Source: Myxococcota bacterium (GTDB lineage: Bacteria > Myxococcota_A > SURF-8 > G963663525). Taken from it: a stretch of DNA of 64,000 nt. Location of the stretch: NCBI GenBank assembly GCA_963676915.2, contig CAXXVK010000024.1:55530-119529 (forward strand). The letters run 5' to 3'. The position numbers and the translations under genes are program-made. The notes under the pieces are model-generated. The model was not told where the DNA came from. It did no database searches and worked only from the letters and a program-made list of their open reading frames with translations. Shown piece after piece: positions 33,152-42,671 of this stretch. Numbering within the stretch: the first letter of the stretch is position 1; every line of letters starts with the position of its first letter.

Positions 33152-34366
33152 TTATTTTCCGGCTACGGCTTTGGTAACTCCGATTCTGTCCCACCAGACA
33201 GAAAAACGAAAGGCATACCCTGCAAACACCAACCCTAGTGAAATTGAGAAAATGGCTGCTATACCGAACAATCCCGTCCACCCGAGATAACCTTGGGACG
33301 ACACAAGAGGCATTGTCATAAGCGGGTTGAGAAACTGGCCAAGAAAAACGGCGGTAGTCAGCCCACCGATCAGGCGTCCTCGCGACCCGACAGGAGCATG
33401 TTCGGTCAACCATACGTTGACATTCGGCATGTTGAGACCGAAACCAAAACCTCCGAAAAGCATGATCGGCAAAATCATCACATAAGAGGGAGAGAAAGCC
33501 AATCCAAACAAAGCAATCCCCACAACAAGGTACATCAAAGCGACAATTCCCTGGAAACTCAGGTGGTTACGAAACCTTCGATAATGATAAGAAGATATCG
33601 AAGCCGTTAACGTCGCACAGGCGATGGCAACCCCCGTATGGATCGCAGACAAGCCTTCGAAAGATTTCAGGAAAAACGGCAGGTGAACCGGAATCGTAAA
33701 AAAGACGGTCATTCCGAAGAATCCCATCAGATAAATCAGCACTACGATTCCCCATCCGCTTTTGGGTCGTTCTGCTCCGATTTCCAGACTATTCTTTTTC
33801 GGTTGTGTCCGTGATTCGCGAATGGAGAACCAAGCCGGATACACCAACAACAAAGACACGAGGTAAATCAGAAACGGATATCGCCACGAATGATCCGCCA
33901 GCCAACCGCCTCCGGTAAGAAAAACCACACCTCCCAAAGCCATGAAAGACGCCTGCAATCCCATAAAGGAAGCCCGTTGATCTCCGGCGAAATAATCGGC
34001 GATCAGAGTAGTTACAACCGTCATGATGCCCGCAACACCAAAGCCCAAAAGTCCCCGTGAAACCAGCAACATCGGCAGAGTGTCCAGGTATACACCCGCA
34101 CTTCCCGCCAGAGCGAAAACCACAAGAGACACCATCAGCACCGGTTTGCGCCCCACGTTGTCGATGAACCAGCCGGATATCGGTGCAATGAGGGCAATGG
34201 ACAAAGCAGGAGCGGTCAAAATGAAGGGAACCAATATATCGACATTGGTCGCCTCGCGGAAAAACTCCCGAATACCCGGAAGTGAAGGCGTGATGATCGC
34301 TCCGGCCATCACGGTGAGCGTCGAAATCAACAAAAGCAGCAGTTTTTTCGAAAACGATATTTCCAT
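33152..34366 (-). CDS. MFS transporter
   Basis: About 12 TM helices, motif A (GWFIDNVGRK), RGLLG, SWRYPF. Confidence 0.9.
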   Translation of the reverse strand: MEISFSKKLLLLLISTLTVMAGAIITPSLPGIREFFREATNVDILVPFILTAPALSIALIAPISGWFIDNVGRKPVLMVSLVVFALAGSAGVYLDTLPMLLVSRGLLGFGVAGIMTVVTTLIADYFAGDQRASFMGLQASFMALGGVVFLTGGGWLADHSWRYPFLIYLVSLLLVYPAWFSIRESRTQPKKNSLEIGAERPKSGWGIVVLIYLMGFFGMTVFFTIPVHLPFFLKSFEGLSAIHTGVAIACATLTASISSYHYRRFRNHLSFQGIVALMYLVVGIALFGLAFSPSYVMILPIMLFGGFGFGLNMPNVNVWLTEHAPVGSRGRLIGGLTTAVFLGQFLNPLMTMPLVSSQGYLGWTGLFGIAAIFSISLGLVFAGYAFRFSVWWDRIGVTKAVAGK

Positions 34367-34713
34367 ACTTCTAAGAATCTTTCGAGAAGTAAACAAATTT
34401 AATGTCTTCACTATGGAGTCAAATCCTCACAAAACAAGGCGAGGTCATCATCTTAATTTCAATTCAACAATTTCTCTTCGACCACCCTATTTTCAACCCA
34501 TCAATCTCCTTAAGCAAATATGAAGCTACGCACTGCGTCAAAAAAAATAAATAATTCCTATACAAAAAAGCAATTCTCATGTCTAATAAATAGAGAGTAT
34601 GACGTTGACCGGGAAAAAGTTCGTGCTTCTTTCATTGGTTTTTGGTAGATTTTTATTAAAATAAAATATGTGGGGGGAATCATAACTTTAAGGATGAACA
34701 ACTATTCCTTTGC

Positions 34714-34741
34714 TTGACAGAACGATTTCATCGTTTATCAT
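34714..34741 (+). promoter_or_regulatory. sigma70 promoter with palindromic spacer upstream of the 34811 lipoprotein gene
   Basis: TTGACA-16 bp-TATCAT. The spacer holds AACGAT-TTC-ATCGTT. Confidence 0.55.
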
Positions 34742-34810
34742 GAGTAATTCGCTTCTATCGTTTGGTATGCGAAGAAGACGTGTCTCTTTCCGGTTCCTTA
34801 GGAGGTCGAA

Positions 34811-37111
34811 ATGCCCCGGCACAATGTGATGGCAGTATTGTTGGCTGGACTTTTAAGTGTTTTCTTATACGCCTGCGGCAGTACGGACGTCGACGGAAAC
34901 GAAGACGACAACTGCGGTTGCCCCGAAAACACGACTTGTTTCAACGGACGTTGCGTTGCCAACGTTCTTCCCGGTGACAACGATGACACCACAGAAGCCG
35001 ACGAACCGGAAGAATGTCTGACCGGCGGCAGTTGCAAATCCTGCCCCAGCGGTCGCCACGGCGAATGCCCCGTCAACGAATTCTGCGATCCATTGAACCT
35101 CACCTGTACACCTGGAGCAGACTGCTCTGGAGGTCTGGGAGAATGCTCTTCGAACTACGACTGTGAAACGGACGAGTTCTGCTGCGGTGGCGAATGCGTG
35201 GAAGTCGAAGGCAGCGACCCCCAAACCGGTTGCACCGATAATAAAGACTGCAACCCGAACGAATGGTGCTCCGATGGCGGGATCTGCAAAGACGGCGGCA
35301 CCCAGGAAGGCGATGGTGACGAATGCACCACCAACGAAGACTGCCCGGAAGGAGAATTCTGCGCCTCCAATAACAAATGTGCTGAACCGGACCAAACAAA
35401 TCTCGGCGACGATGACACGGATTCCAACACTGGTGGCGACGATGACAGCACGGACCTTGTCGATGACGATTCCTGGGTTACTCCCGATGAATTCGAGCGT
35501 GGACAGTGTGAATACGACGACTATCTCGGAGCCGCACAGATCAGCTTGATGAATTCCGCCAAACAGTCGATTTCCGAAGTCAATTTCGGTGCCGTTCCCA
35601 TTTTGAATCCCAAAGAAGAATACGTTTTGATTTGCAACAGCGGAAGCAAACCTCTCAACGTAACGTCCTTGCAGTTCTCGCTTGCAACCTCTCTCGAATT
35701 CCAAAAGGCCCATGAAGAGTTACCTATCACGTTGGAGCCGGGTGTTTATACCACCATCCATCTGCGTTATCGCCCCCAGGATAGCTCCGACGATACTGGC
35801 CTGATGGCTTTCCTCAGCGACGACCCCAACAACCAGCGCATGGAATTGGATCTGCGCGGAAGCGTCAAAGCCCAGGGCTTGATCGTTTCTCAACCTCGCG
35901 TTCTGCAATTCGCCGGAGCGCAACCGGGACAACAGATCCGCAAAATCGTCGCCGCCAAGAACATCGGAACAGCGGAAACCAGCATTTTCGCAACATTGCT
36001 CAATGCCAACACCAATATCATCGGTGAAGGCAAAGAACATTATGAAGCCGTCGAAGTGACCTGGCCCGACGGATCGACCACGAACGGTCCATGGACGATT
36101 CAGCCGGGAGGATATATCAACATTGCGGTCGTGATGTCCATGCCGACCGAAGGTGGTGCCCCCGATGCGGAGCTGGTCCTCGACTGGTCTACCGATACCG
36201 GTCGCGAACAAACCACCGTCACTTTGACTACCGGTGACAATGCACTGTGCGCCACCCCCAATGCTGGCGTAGACCAAACGGTCCGACCGTTGGATACGGT
36301 CCAGCTCGACGGTTCGGAATCCTACGACGACAACGGCATCGTTACCGAATATTTCTGGCAGTTCATTGAATCGCCTGAAAACGCCACTCGTGCTATTCTC
36401 ACCGACCCTGATACGGGAAATAGCATCGAAGGGAGTTGGACTACGGTCAGCAAACCACAGTTCTACGCCGAGTTGGCCGGAACGTATGAAATTATGCTGA
36501 ACGTCAAAGATTCAGATGGCAGTTGCAACCCCGAGGCCATTTACGATACGGTGGTTGTCATTGCCGTTCCCGACGAAACCATCCATATTCAGCTCGTTTG
36601 GGGACGAAACAGCAACGACCATGACCTTCACTTCGTCAAACCTGGCGGCTTCCACTCCCGAGGACAAAACAGCAATGTTACGGATTGCCACTGGACCAAC
36701 TGCAACACGCGACACGGCACCTCGACACCTTGTCCCGCACGCGGTTGTCCCGGCCCGTCCGATGCACCGGACTGGGGTGTCATTGGTAGCCGCGACGATG
36801 ATCCTACGCTTGATATCGACGACATCTCCGGTCCCGGTCCTGAAAATATCAACTACTCCCTTCCCGAGTTAGGCGATTTCATGGTCAGCGTCGAAAACTA
36901 CTCCGGTGACCAAAGCAACATGGTAACCGTTCGTATTTGGGTGTTCGGTGTAATGCGCTTGAACGTAAGCTACGGCCCCCCCATGCAGACGCAAGGGTTC
37001 CGTTCGAACTGCTACTGGAAGGTGGCGTGGGTCAATGTCCATTCGCCAACCGATATCGACGTATCGCCGATTAACGATTTCGGAGCTTCCGGGTCCGCAT
37101 TGTGTCCGTGA
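34811..37111 (+). CDS. Cys-rich surface lipoprotein with ASH, PKD-like and YfaP/DUF2135-like domains
   Basis: Lipobox LYAC. CxxxxDCxxxEFC repeats, VNFG, NAGVDQ..VQLDGSESYD, QLVW....DHDLH, LDIDDISGPGPENI. Confidence 0.85.
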   Translation: MPRHNVMAVLLAGLLSVFLYACGSTDVDGNEDDNCGCPENTTCFNGRCVANVLPGDNDDTTEADEPEECLTGGSCKSCPSGRHGECPVNEFCDPLNLTCTPGADCSGGLGECSSNYDCETDEFCCGGECVEVEGSDPQTGCTDNKDCNPNEWCSDGGICKDGGTQEGDGDECTTNEDCPEGEFCASNNKCAEPDQTNLGDDDTDSNTGGDDDSTDLVDDDSWVTPDEFERGQCEYDDYLGAAQISLMNSAKQSISEVNFGAVPILNPKEEYVLICNSGSKPLNVTSLQFSLATSLEFQKAHEELPITLEPGVYTTIHLRYRPQDSSDDTGLMAFLSDDPNNQRMELDLRGSVKAQGLIVSQPRVLQFAGAQPGQQIRKIVAAKNIGTAETSIFATLLNANTNIIGEGKEHYEAVEVTWPDGSTTNGPWTIQPGGYINIAVVMSMPTEGGAPDAELVLDWSTDTGREQTTVTLTTGDNALCATPNAGVDQTVRPLDTVQLDGSESYDDNGIVTEYFWQFIESPENATRAILTDPDTGNSIEGSWTTVSKPQFYAELAGTYEIMLNVKDSDGSCNPEAIYDTVVVIAVPDETIHIQLVWGRNSNDHDLHFVKPGGFHSRGQNSNVTDCHWTNCNTRHGTSTPCPARGCPGPSDAPDWGVIGSRDDDPTLDIDDISGPGPENINYSLPELGDFMVSVENYSGDQSNMVTVRIWVFGVMRLNVSYGPPMQTQGFRSNCYWKVAWVNVHSPTDIDVSPINDFGASGSALCP

Positions 37112-37133
37112 TGTCCATTCCCTCTGCTCTTTC

Positions 37134-37160
37134 AGCCCGCCTTTTCGGCGGGCTTTTTTA
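37134..37160 (+). terminator. intrinsic terminator
   Basis: AGCCCGCC-TTTTC-GGCGGGCT followed by TTTTT. Confidence 0.85.
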
Positions 37161-37252
37161 TTTTTGCCTCTTGCCTTTCGGTTCCAAATTGACGACAATT
37201 TGCATCCTTTGATATGATTTGTACCCTTTGTTTTCACTTTGGAAGGAATACG

Positions 37253-38329
37253 ATGCCCTCTCGACTTCTCGATGTTCATCCCCGTTTTCTCGCCACCATG
37301 GTCGGCAGTATGCCTCAAGTCGATGCCGACGAAGCCGTTCACCGCATCGTAGAGGCGGTACCGGAAGCCCCCGTTTGTCCGCAACTTCCCAACCGGGACT
37401 GGTCCGAACATTTTCTGGTACAATACGGTTGGCACTTGCCGTGCACGATTTCGGATCCCGAGAAGAAGAAATTTGTCATTACGGGTATCGAAGACTGCGC
37501 CGAGGAGTTGGCGTCGTTCTATGAAAAAGCACTCTTGGCCGAAGAAACCGGCGACCTGGACGCTTTCGCCATGTCTCCCGATTTCTGCCCCGGATTTTTC
37601 TCGCTCGAAAATTATCTAAAACAACGACCTACACCGCCACGATTCGCCAAAGTTCAAGTGATCGGTCCGGTGTCTTTCGGTCTGGGGCTGAAAGATATTG
37701 ATGGACGCCTGAGCTTTTTCCGCGACGATTTTCGAGACGTGATCATCCGCGCTATCGCACTCCAAGCACGATGGCAGGTCCGCTGCTACACTCCCCTTTG
37801 CGAGCGGGTTATCAGTTTCATCGACGAACCTTATCTGCAATCCTTCGGGAGCATGGAATACATCGCGTTGAGCCGCGAAGACGCCGTAACCGCCGTTAAA
37901 GAGGTCTGCGACGCTATCAAAACGGAAGGAGCCATTGCGGGAGTACATGTTTGCGGTAAAACCGACTGGAGCCTACTCACCGAAGCCGAGGTGGATCTAC
38001 TCAACTTCGACGCCTACACCCAAGGTGACTCTCTGGCCCTTTACGTCAACGAAATCAACGGTTTCCTCGAACGAGGCGGCATCATCGCCTGGGGAATGAT
38101 TCCCACCGCTCCCGGCGATATCGATAAAGAAACGCCGGATCAACTCGTGCAACGAATGGAGAGTCTGCTCGACCGCCTATCCGAAAAGGGTATCGATCGG
38201 GAACGAATGATCGATCGTTCGATGATCACCCCGGCCTGCGGTCTGGGAACGTTGTCCATCGAACATGCCGACAAAGCGGGAATGCTGTTGCGTGAAACCT
38301 CCAAGCGTTTGCAGGAGCGCTACGCCTGA
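37253..38329 (+). CDS. catalytic-domain-only methionine synthase (MetE C-terminal/URO-D-CIMS-like)
   Basis: TMVGSMP, PQLP, KVQVIGP, FIDEP, Zn ligands GVHVCG and ITPACGLG. Confidence 0.82.
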   Translation: MPSRLLDVHPRFLATMVGSMPQVDADEAVHRIVEAVPEAPVCPQLPNRDWSEHFLVQYGWHLPCTISDPEKKKFVITGIEDCAEELASFYEKALLAEETGDLDAFAMSPDFCPGFFSLENYLKQRPTPPRFAKVQVIGPVSFGLGLKDIDGRLSFFRDDFRDVIIRAIALQARWQVRCYTPLCERVISFIDEPYLQSFGSMEYIALSREDAVTAVKEVCDAIKTEGAIAGVHVCGKTDWSLLTEAEVDLLNFDAYTQGDSLALYVNEINGFLERGGIIAWGMIPTAPGDIDKETPDQLVQRMESLLDRLSEKGIDRERMIDRSMITPACGLGTLSIEHADKAGMLLRETSKRLQERYA

Positions 38330-38347
38330 GATAGCTCCAAACAGATA

Positions 38348-38375
38348 AATCCCCTCTCATCAAGAAGAGGGGATT
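38348..38375. terminator. hairpin between convergent genes
   Basis: AATCCCCTCT...AGAGGGGATT. Confidence 0.55.
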
Positions 38376-38403
38376 CGTTTATGATATCAAGACAGTAAAG
38401 ACT

Positions 38404-39594
38404 TTATTCGAAGGCGTACCATAGCCGGTCTTTTTCCCGGCTCTCTACGTTGTAGCCTCCACAAAAGAGACAGGCCACTTTGCCGTCTTTGACGGTGACA
38501 GGAGATGTCTTGCAAGCGGGAGGCGGACAAAACGTGTAACGGCAACTGGCGATTTCTTTCCTGTCCTCTTCGCCTAAACTGAGCACCACAAAAGGTTTTT
38601 CCCAGTATATTTTGACCGGTACATATTCTTCCAAATCGCCGGGATTGTTGTAATACCGAAACTGACCTAGCTCCATGTGGCGCTGACCTTCGCTCTGGCA
38701 TCCATCGCCGCGCAACCATTTGTTTTGCGCCATGACATAACGGTATCCGTTGGCAGGGGCGTTTTTGTCGAGGAATTCCAGCCATTTCAAACGATTCTGA
38801 CGTTGTTTTTCCCCTTCTTTCGTTCTTTGGGCCGGTTTGCCATTGATTAAAAACTCCATTTCGGAAACACACAGAAACGGAATCCAGCCGGTTTCATAGT
38901 ATCCCTCGAAATTCAACCGTACCCCTGCAACCGGCACGCCTTTCGGCAATTCCGGCGAAACCAGCACCGGATCGGTCTTTTTCGTCATCGGGACTTCCTG
39001 CATGCTCACAGCCTGACCGTCTCGCCCAATCCACGTAAGAATGACCTTTTTCGCTCGCGCATACCGTACGAACGTGTTCAAAGTTTTCTGCCAGCCTGGC
39101 GTGATGCGCAACTGATCGAAATCCCTAGCAAAAACAGCATCTTCCATCGTTACGGTGATATTCTCGAAGTTTTTCTCCCTTTGGCGCCCTTCACACCAAG
39201 CGGTTTGGATATCGCCATCGATCAGGCGTTCCGGGACGTGCAACCCAATGTGGTCGAATTCCTCGTAAACACTGGTAGCCATAACATCCAGCGAAAGCGG
39301 TTGCGATCCCAGTGCCAATTCCTCTTCAGAAACGGGGGTTTCCATTTTTCCGGGAATCAACTCCTGTTTTTTGGCTTTTTCGAACTGACGCTCCTGCTGC
39401 ACCAGGTATGGATACGGTTCTCTGACCTCTTCCTCTTCAGAGCCGGTTTCCTCTACCTGTTTTTCGGCAATTGCAGGAACTTTTTCCGCCGCCGGATGCT
39501 CGACCTCGTCCGAGCATTTGCAACCGGAACACTGCACGGCCCAGCAAAGCAGCAACGCGAAAACCGGCAATCCCATGTTAACGAATCGGGTCAT
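38404..39594 (-). CDS. exported protein with discoidin/NADase-type glycan-binding-like domain
   Basis: Signal/lipoprotein-like N-terminus. LIDGDIQTAWCEG...ITPGW.K...R.K...CVSEMEF. Confidence 0.65.
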   Translation of the reverse strand: MTRFVNMGLPVFALLLCWAVQCSGCKCSDEVEHPAAEKVPAIAEKQVEETGSEEEEVREPYPYLVQQERQFEKAKKQELIPGKMETPVSEEELALGSQPLSLDVMATSVYEEFDHIGLHVPERLIDGDIQTAWCEGRQREKNFENITVTMEDAVFARDFDQLRITPGWQKTLNTFVRYARAKKVILTWIGRDGQAVSMQEVPMTKKTDPVLVSPELPKGVPVAGVRLNFEGYYETGWIPFLCVSEMEFLINGKPAQRTKEGEKQRQNRLKWLEFLDKNAPANGYRYVMAQNKWLRGDGCQSEGQRHMELGQFRYYNNPGDLEEYVPVKIYWEKPFVVLSLGEEDRKEIASCRYTFCPPPACKTSPVTVKDGKVACLFCGGYNVESREKDRLWYAFE

Positions 39595-40414
39595 GATCCT
39601 TCTCTTTCGCGAACGGTTCGTTTTGGGTCTTTATACCATACCTACCAGGGATTTGGCCATGGCTTCCCTTTTCGGTGTGGAGTTTTCGCAATGTCTCATA
39701 CTTGGTCCATCCTTCAAGCGTTTGGCATGCAGCCCAGCGCCATCCCCACACTCCTTCGAAAAAACCAGCTTGAAACACATAGCTTTTCACACCACGCCAT
39801 GCCGGACGAACCCAGCGGCTTCCCAAAGGATAACGGCGTCCGTTCTCGAACATCGCACGAGCGGCTTGAAGTCCGTAACGCTCTGATTTTTCACGTAAAT
39901 GCTCCAATCCTCCGGGAGGGTTGTGTTCGATAGGATGAACGAGGGAGCGCCATTTTCCTTGCAACTCCACACGGTCGTGGGGTTCAACAGCAGGATTCCA
40001 ACAGCCTTTTTCCGTACGAAACAGACGTTTTTGCCGATTGGGCCACCACCCACCGTAGCGAATCCAACGGTCTTCGATTCGAGACCGTACCGGAAATCGA
40101 AACCCGTCGTTTCGGGGTTCATCAGCAAGAGTTTGGAGAATTTCCTCGGCCAACAAAGGACTTACGTACTCGTCCGAGTCAAGATTCAAGATCCATTCTC
40201 CCCGAACGAGGCGGCGACCGAATTCTTTCTGATGATTGACACCCTCGAAAGGATGCTCCATCACACGACACCCCAGACGAGAGGCAAACTCTCTCGAACC
40301 GTCTACGCTCCCTCCATTTATCGCCACGATTTCATCGCAGAAGGCAAGACTCGTCAGGCAGCGTTCGAGCGTATCTCTATTGTTTTGGAAAATCACCAGC
40401 GCGGAAAGCTTCAT
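39578..40414 (-). CDS. glycosyltransferase family 2 (WaaE/KdtX-like)
   Basis: LERCLTSL.FCDEIV, GSVDGS, WILNLDSDE, GGWWP, RLFR. Confidence 0.88.
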   Translation of the reverse strand: MKLSALVIFQNNRDTLERCLTSLAFCDEIVAINGGSVDGSREFASRLGCRVMEHPFEGVNHQKEFGRRLVRGEWILNLDSDEYVSPLLAEEILQTLADEPRNDGFRFPVRSRIEDRWIRYGGWWPNRQKRLFRTEKGCWNPAVEPHDRVELQGKWRSLVHPIEHNPPGGLEHLREKSERYGLQAARAMFENGRRYPLGSRWVRPAWRGVKSYVFQAGFFEGVWGWRWAACQTLEGWTKYETLRKLHTEKGSHGQIPGRYGIKTQNEPFAKEKDHDPIR

Positions 40415-41076
40415 GAGAACTCCGAAGATTCCATCGCCAGACCGGTCATCGGCACGAAACGAACGGAAAACACCGTCCGTCTCTCGAAGCCGGAAGGCGT
40501 TCGGATCAACTCAATCAGTTCCTGCCCCTGCGTTCCTACCGGAGCGATGATCTTCCCCCCCAATTTCACTTGAGTTTTCAGGGGTTCAGGAATTTTAGCC
40601 GGAGCCGCCGTGAGAAGAATACCGTCGAACGGAGCTTCTTCGGGCCATCCGACGTAACCGTCTCCGCAACGAAGCCGAATCCTCGAAGAATATTTTCCTA
40701 GTATTTCCAAACTTTTATAAAACAATGACTCGACAATTTCGATAGAAAAAACCTGTTTTGCAACTTCGGCCAGCACCGCCGTCTGGTATCCGCTGCCGGT
40801 TCCTATTTCCAACAACTTTTCGTCTCCCTTGCACCCGAGCAATTCCGTCATTTTAGCAACGATGTACGGTTGTGAAATCGTCTGTCCGTAGCCGATTTGC
40901 AAAGGATGATCCTCATAAGCTTCCGCTCGACGCCCTTTGGGAACGAACCGATGCCGGGGAATCTTGCGCATGGCATCCACCACCCTGGAATCGAGGATTT
41001 GTCGCCGGACGATCTGCTCGTCCACCATCCGATTCCTCAAGAGAGCGAATTTTTGTTCTTCCGATTGTGCTTCCAT
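40411..41076 (-). CDS. pcm: protein-L-isoaspartate O-methyltransferase
   Basis: PRHRFVP, AYED.PL.IGYGQTISQPYIVA, LEIGTGSGYQ, GWPEEAPFD, VRFVPM. Confidence 0.97.
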   Translation of the reverse strand: MEAQSEEQKFALLRNRMVDEQIVRRQILDSRVVDAMRKIPRHRFVPKGRRAEAYEDHPLQIGYGQTISQPYIVAKMTELLGCKGDEKLLEIGTGSGYQTAVLAEVAKQVFSIEIVESLFYKSLEILGKYSSRIRLRCGDGYVGWPEEAPFDGILLTAAPAKIPEPLKTQVKLGGKIIAPVGTQGQELIELIRTPSGFERRTVFSVRFVPMTGLAMESSEFS

Positions 41077-41178
41077 GGAAACCCAGGCAGTAAAATCTAG
41101 TCAATCCAATACGTTATGAGACAGCCACAGAGCCGATTGACAAGAAAACCCCTTGGAAATGTATCGCCCCGGAAAACT

Positions 41179-42204
41179 CTATTGCTTCGGCGTGAATTGT
41201 TCGCAACACCGAAATCCCACGTTCGAATAACTTTTGGTCGAGTCGTAATCTTCGTGGCCATCGGCCGCTGTGTTTTCATGACCGCAGGAAAGTTGCGCCG
41301 CCAAAGAATGTTCGTAACTTCCACCGACCGGGTTGTCGGAATCCGCCACCCATTCGGCAAGGTTGCCACTCAGGTTGTAAATCGATCCGACACCGAAACA
41401 GGCTCCCTCGGTGGATTCCTGTTTTTGCGTGGCATAATCCGAATTGACGCAATTCTGGGAATAGGCCGCAAAATCGCACCCAAAAGGAAACGTAGATTCT
41501 CGCGGGGAGTCGGCATCGGGACAATAAGACGCCTCGGTTGCAGACCCCGGCCAGCAGGCCATGTCGTGAATCTCCAGCGGACACAATACCTTACCAACGT
41601 TGGCACAAGCTGTTTCGGCTTGCGCTTTGGTCACGAAACTCGATGGAATTTGGGCAGAAAACGAACAGGCTTCCATAAAGGTCGCCGTTTCATCGGCGGG
41701 AGTCACATCGTCCGGGAAATTCTCGCCGTAATCATCCTCGGCCACGCCCTTGGCTTCTCCGTCGCAAGGATCGATAGCATCTTCCGAAGGTTCGATCACC
41801 GTAGCTTCATATTTGTCGATGCACCAGCATTCTCCCAACACCGTGCTCATTTTGTTGTCCAACGGACAGGCTTCGATTTCATCAAAGGGGCAAACCGCCT
41901 CACGTAGTGGATTTTCTTCCACGCTTTCTTCGGTGTCGCTGTCTTCAATACCATCGCTGTCGGTCAAATCGGTGTCTCCGGGAGTAACGGAATCATAATC
42001 ACTCGGCGTAACCGATCCGCTATAGTGACACTCTCCATCGACAAGTTCGTAATTGAACGGACAAACGCATTCTCCCTCGTTGTTGATCGTTCCGCCTACG
42101 CACTCCGTCTCATCGCCGTTTCCGTCGTCCGAATCCGACCCGCAAGCCGGTAAAAACAGAGCAAATACTGAAAACAACGCCATGTATCGAAAGGTTTTCC
42201 TCAT
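41179..42204 (-). CDS. Cys-rich lipoprotein with FGE-sulfatase (CLec-fold) domain
   Basis: Lipobox LPAC, EGF-like CVCP..Y...GEC, CIDKYEA, LSGNLAEW, GFRCC. Confidence 0.82.
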   Translation of the reverse strand: MRKTFRYMALFSVFALFLPACGSDSDDGNGDETECVGGTINNEGECVCPFNYELVDGECHYSGSVTPSDYDSVTPGDTDLTDSDGIEDSDTEESVEENPLREAVCPFDEIEACPLDNKMSTVLGECWCIDKYEATVIEPSEDAIDPCDGEAKGVAEDDYGENFPDDVTPADETATFMEACSFSAQIPSSFVTKAQAETACANVGKVLCPLEIHDMACWPGSATEASYCPDADSPRESTFPFGCDFAAYSQNCVNSDYATQKQESTEGACFGVGSIYNLSGNLAEWVADSDNPVGGSYEHSLAAQLSCGHENTAADGHEDYDSTKSYSNVGFRCCEQFTPKQ

Positions 42205-42376
42205 GTCGGCACCTGTTGGGTCTATGTGTTCCTAATTGCACGAAGCTTCGCTTTTCTCACCAAGCATAGCATATTCTAAGCTCGTGCTGCAATGGGCTTG
42301 AAGGTTGGAATTCAACAAGCAACAAAAGTCGGGTGCATCACAAAATAGTGCGACTTTCGTAAAATCCTCTTTTTTC

Positions 42377-42471
42377 GTAGCGGCGAGGCGTAAGCCCGCC
42401 GTTTTTGCCTTTTGAAGGTTGCTTTTACGCCCCCAATCTCCCTTTTCGGCGGGCTTACGCCTCGCCGCTAC
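42377..42471. repeat. GTAG-type REP doublet (REPIN-like), perfect 25-bp inverted repeat with 45-bp spacer
   Basis: GTAGCGGCGAGGCGTAAGCCCGCCG (42377-42401) and its exact reverse complement (42447-42471). Confidence 0.8.
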
Positions 42472-42671
42472 AACCAAATGAATGAATGCTTCAATACTAT
42501 TGGGCCAATTCGCACCATTTTGTGATGCACCCACAAAAGTCGGAATCTGTCCAAACTTCTTGACACTTGTAAGGGGGGATTTTAGAGTCTTCCCGGGTGT
42601 ATGTGGAACGATTCCACGAAGAAGACAACGGTAGCGATACCTTTTGATGTTTCTCCGGCCAAAGGCAATCC

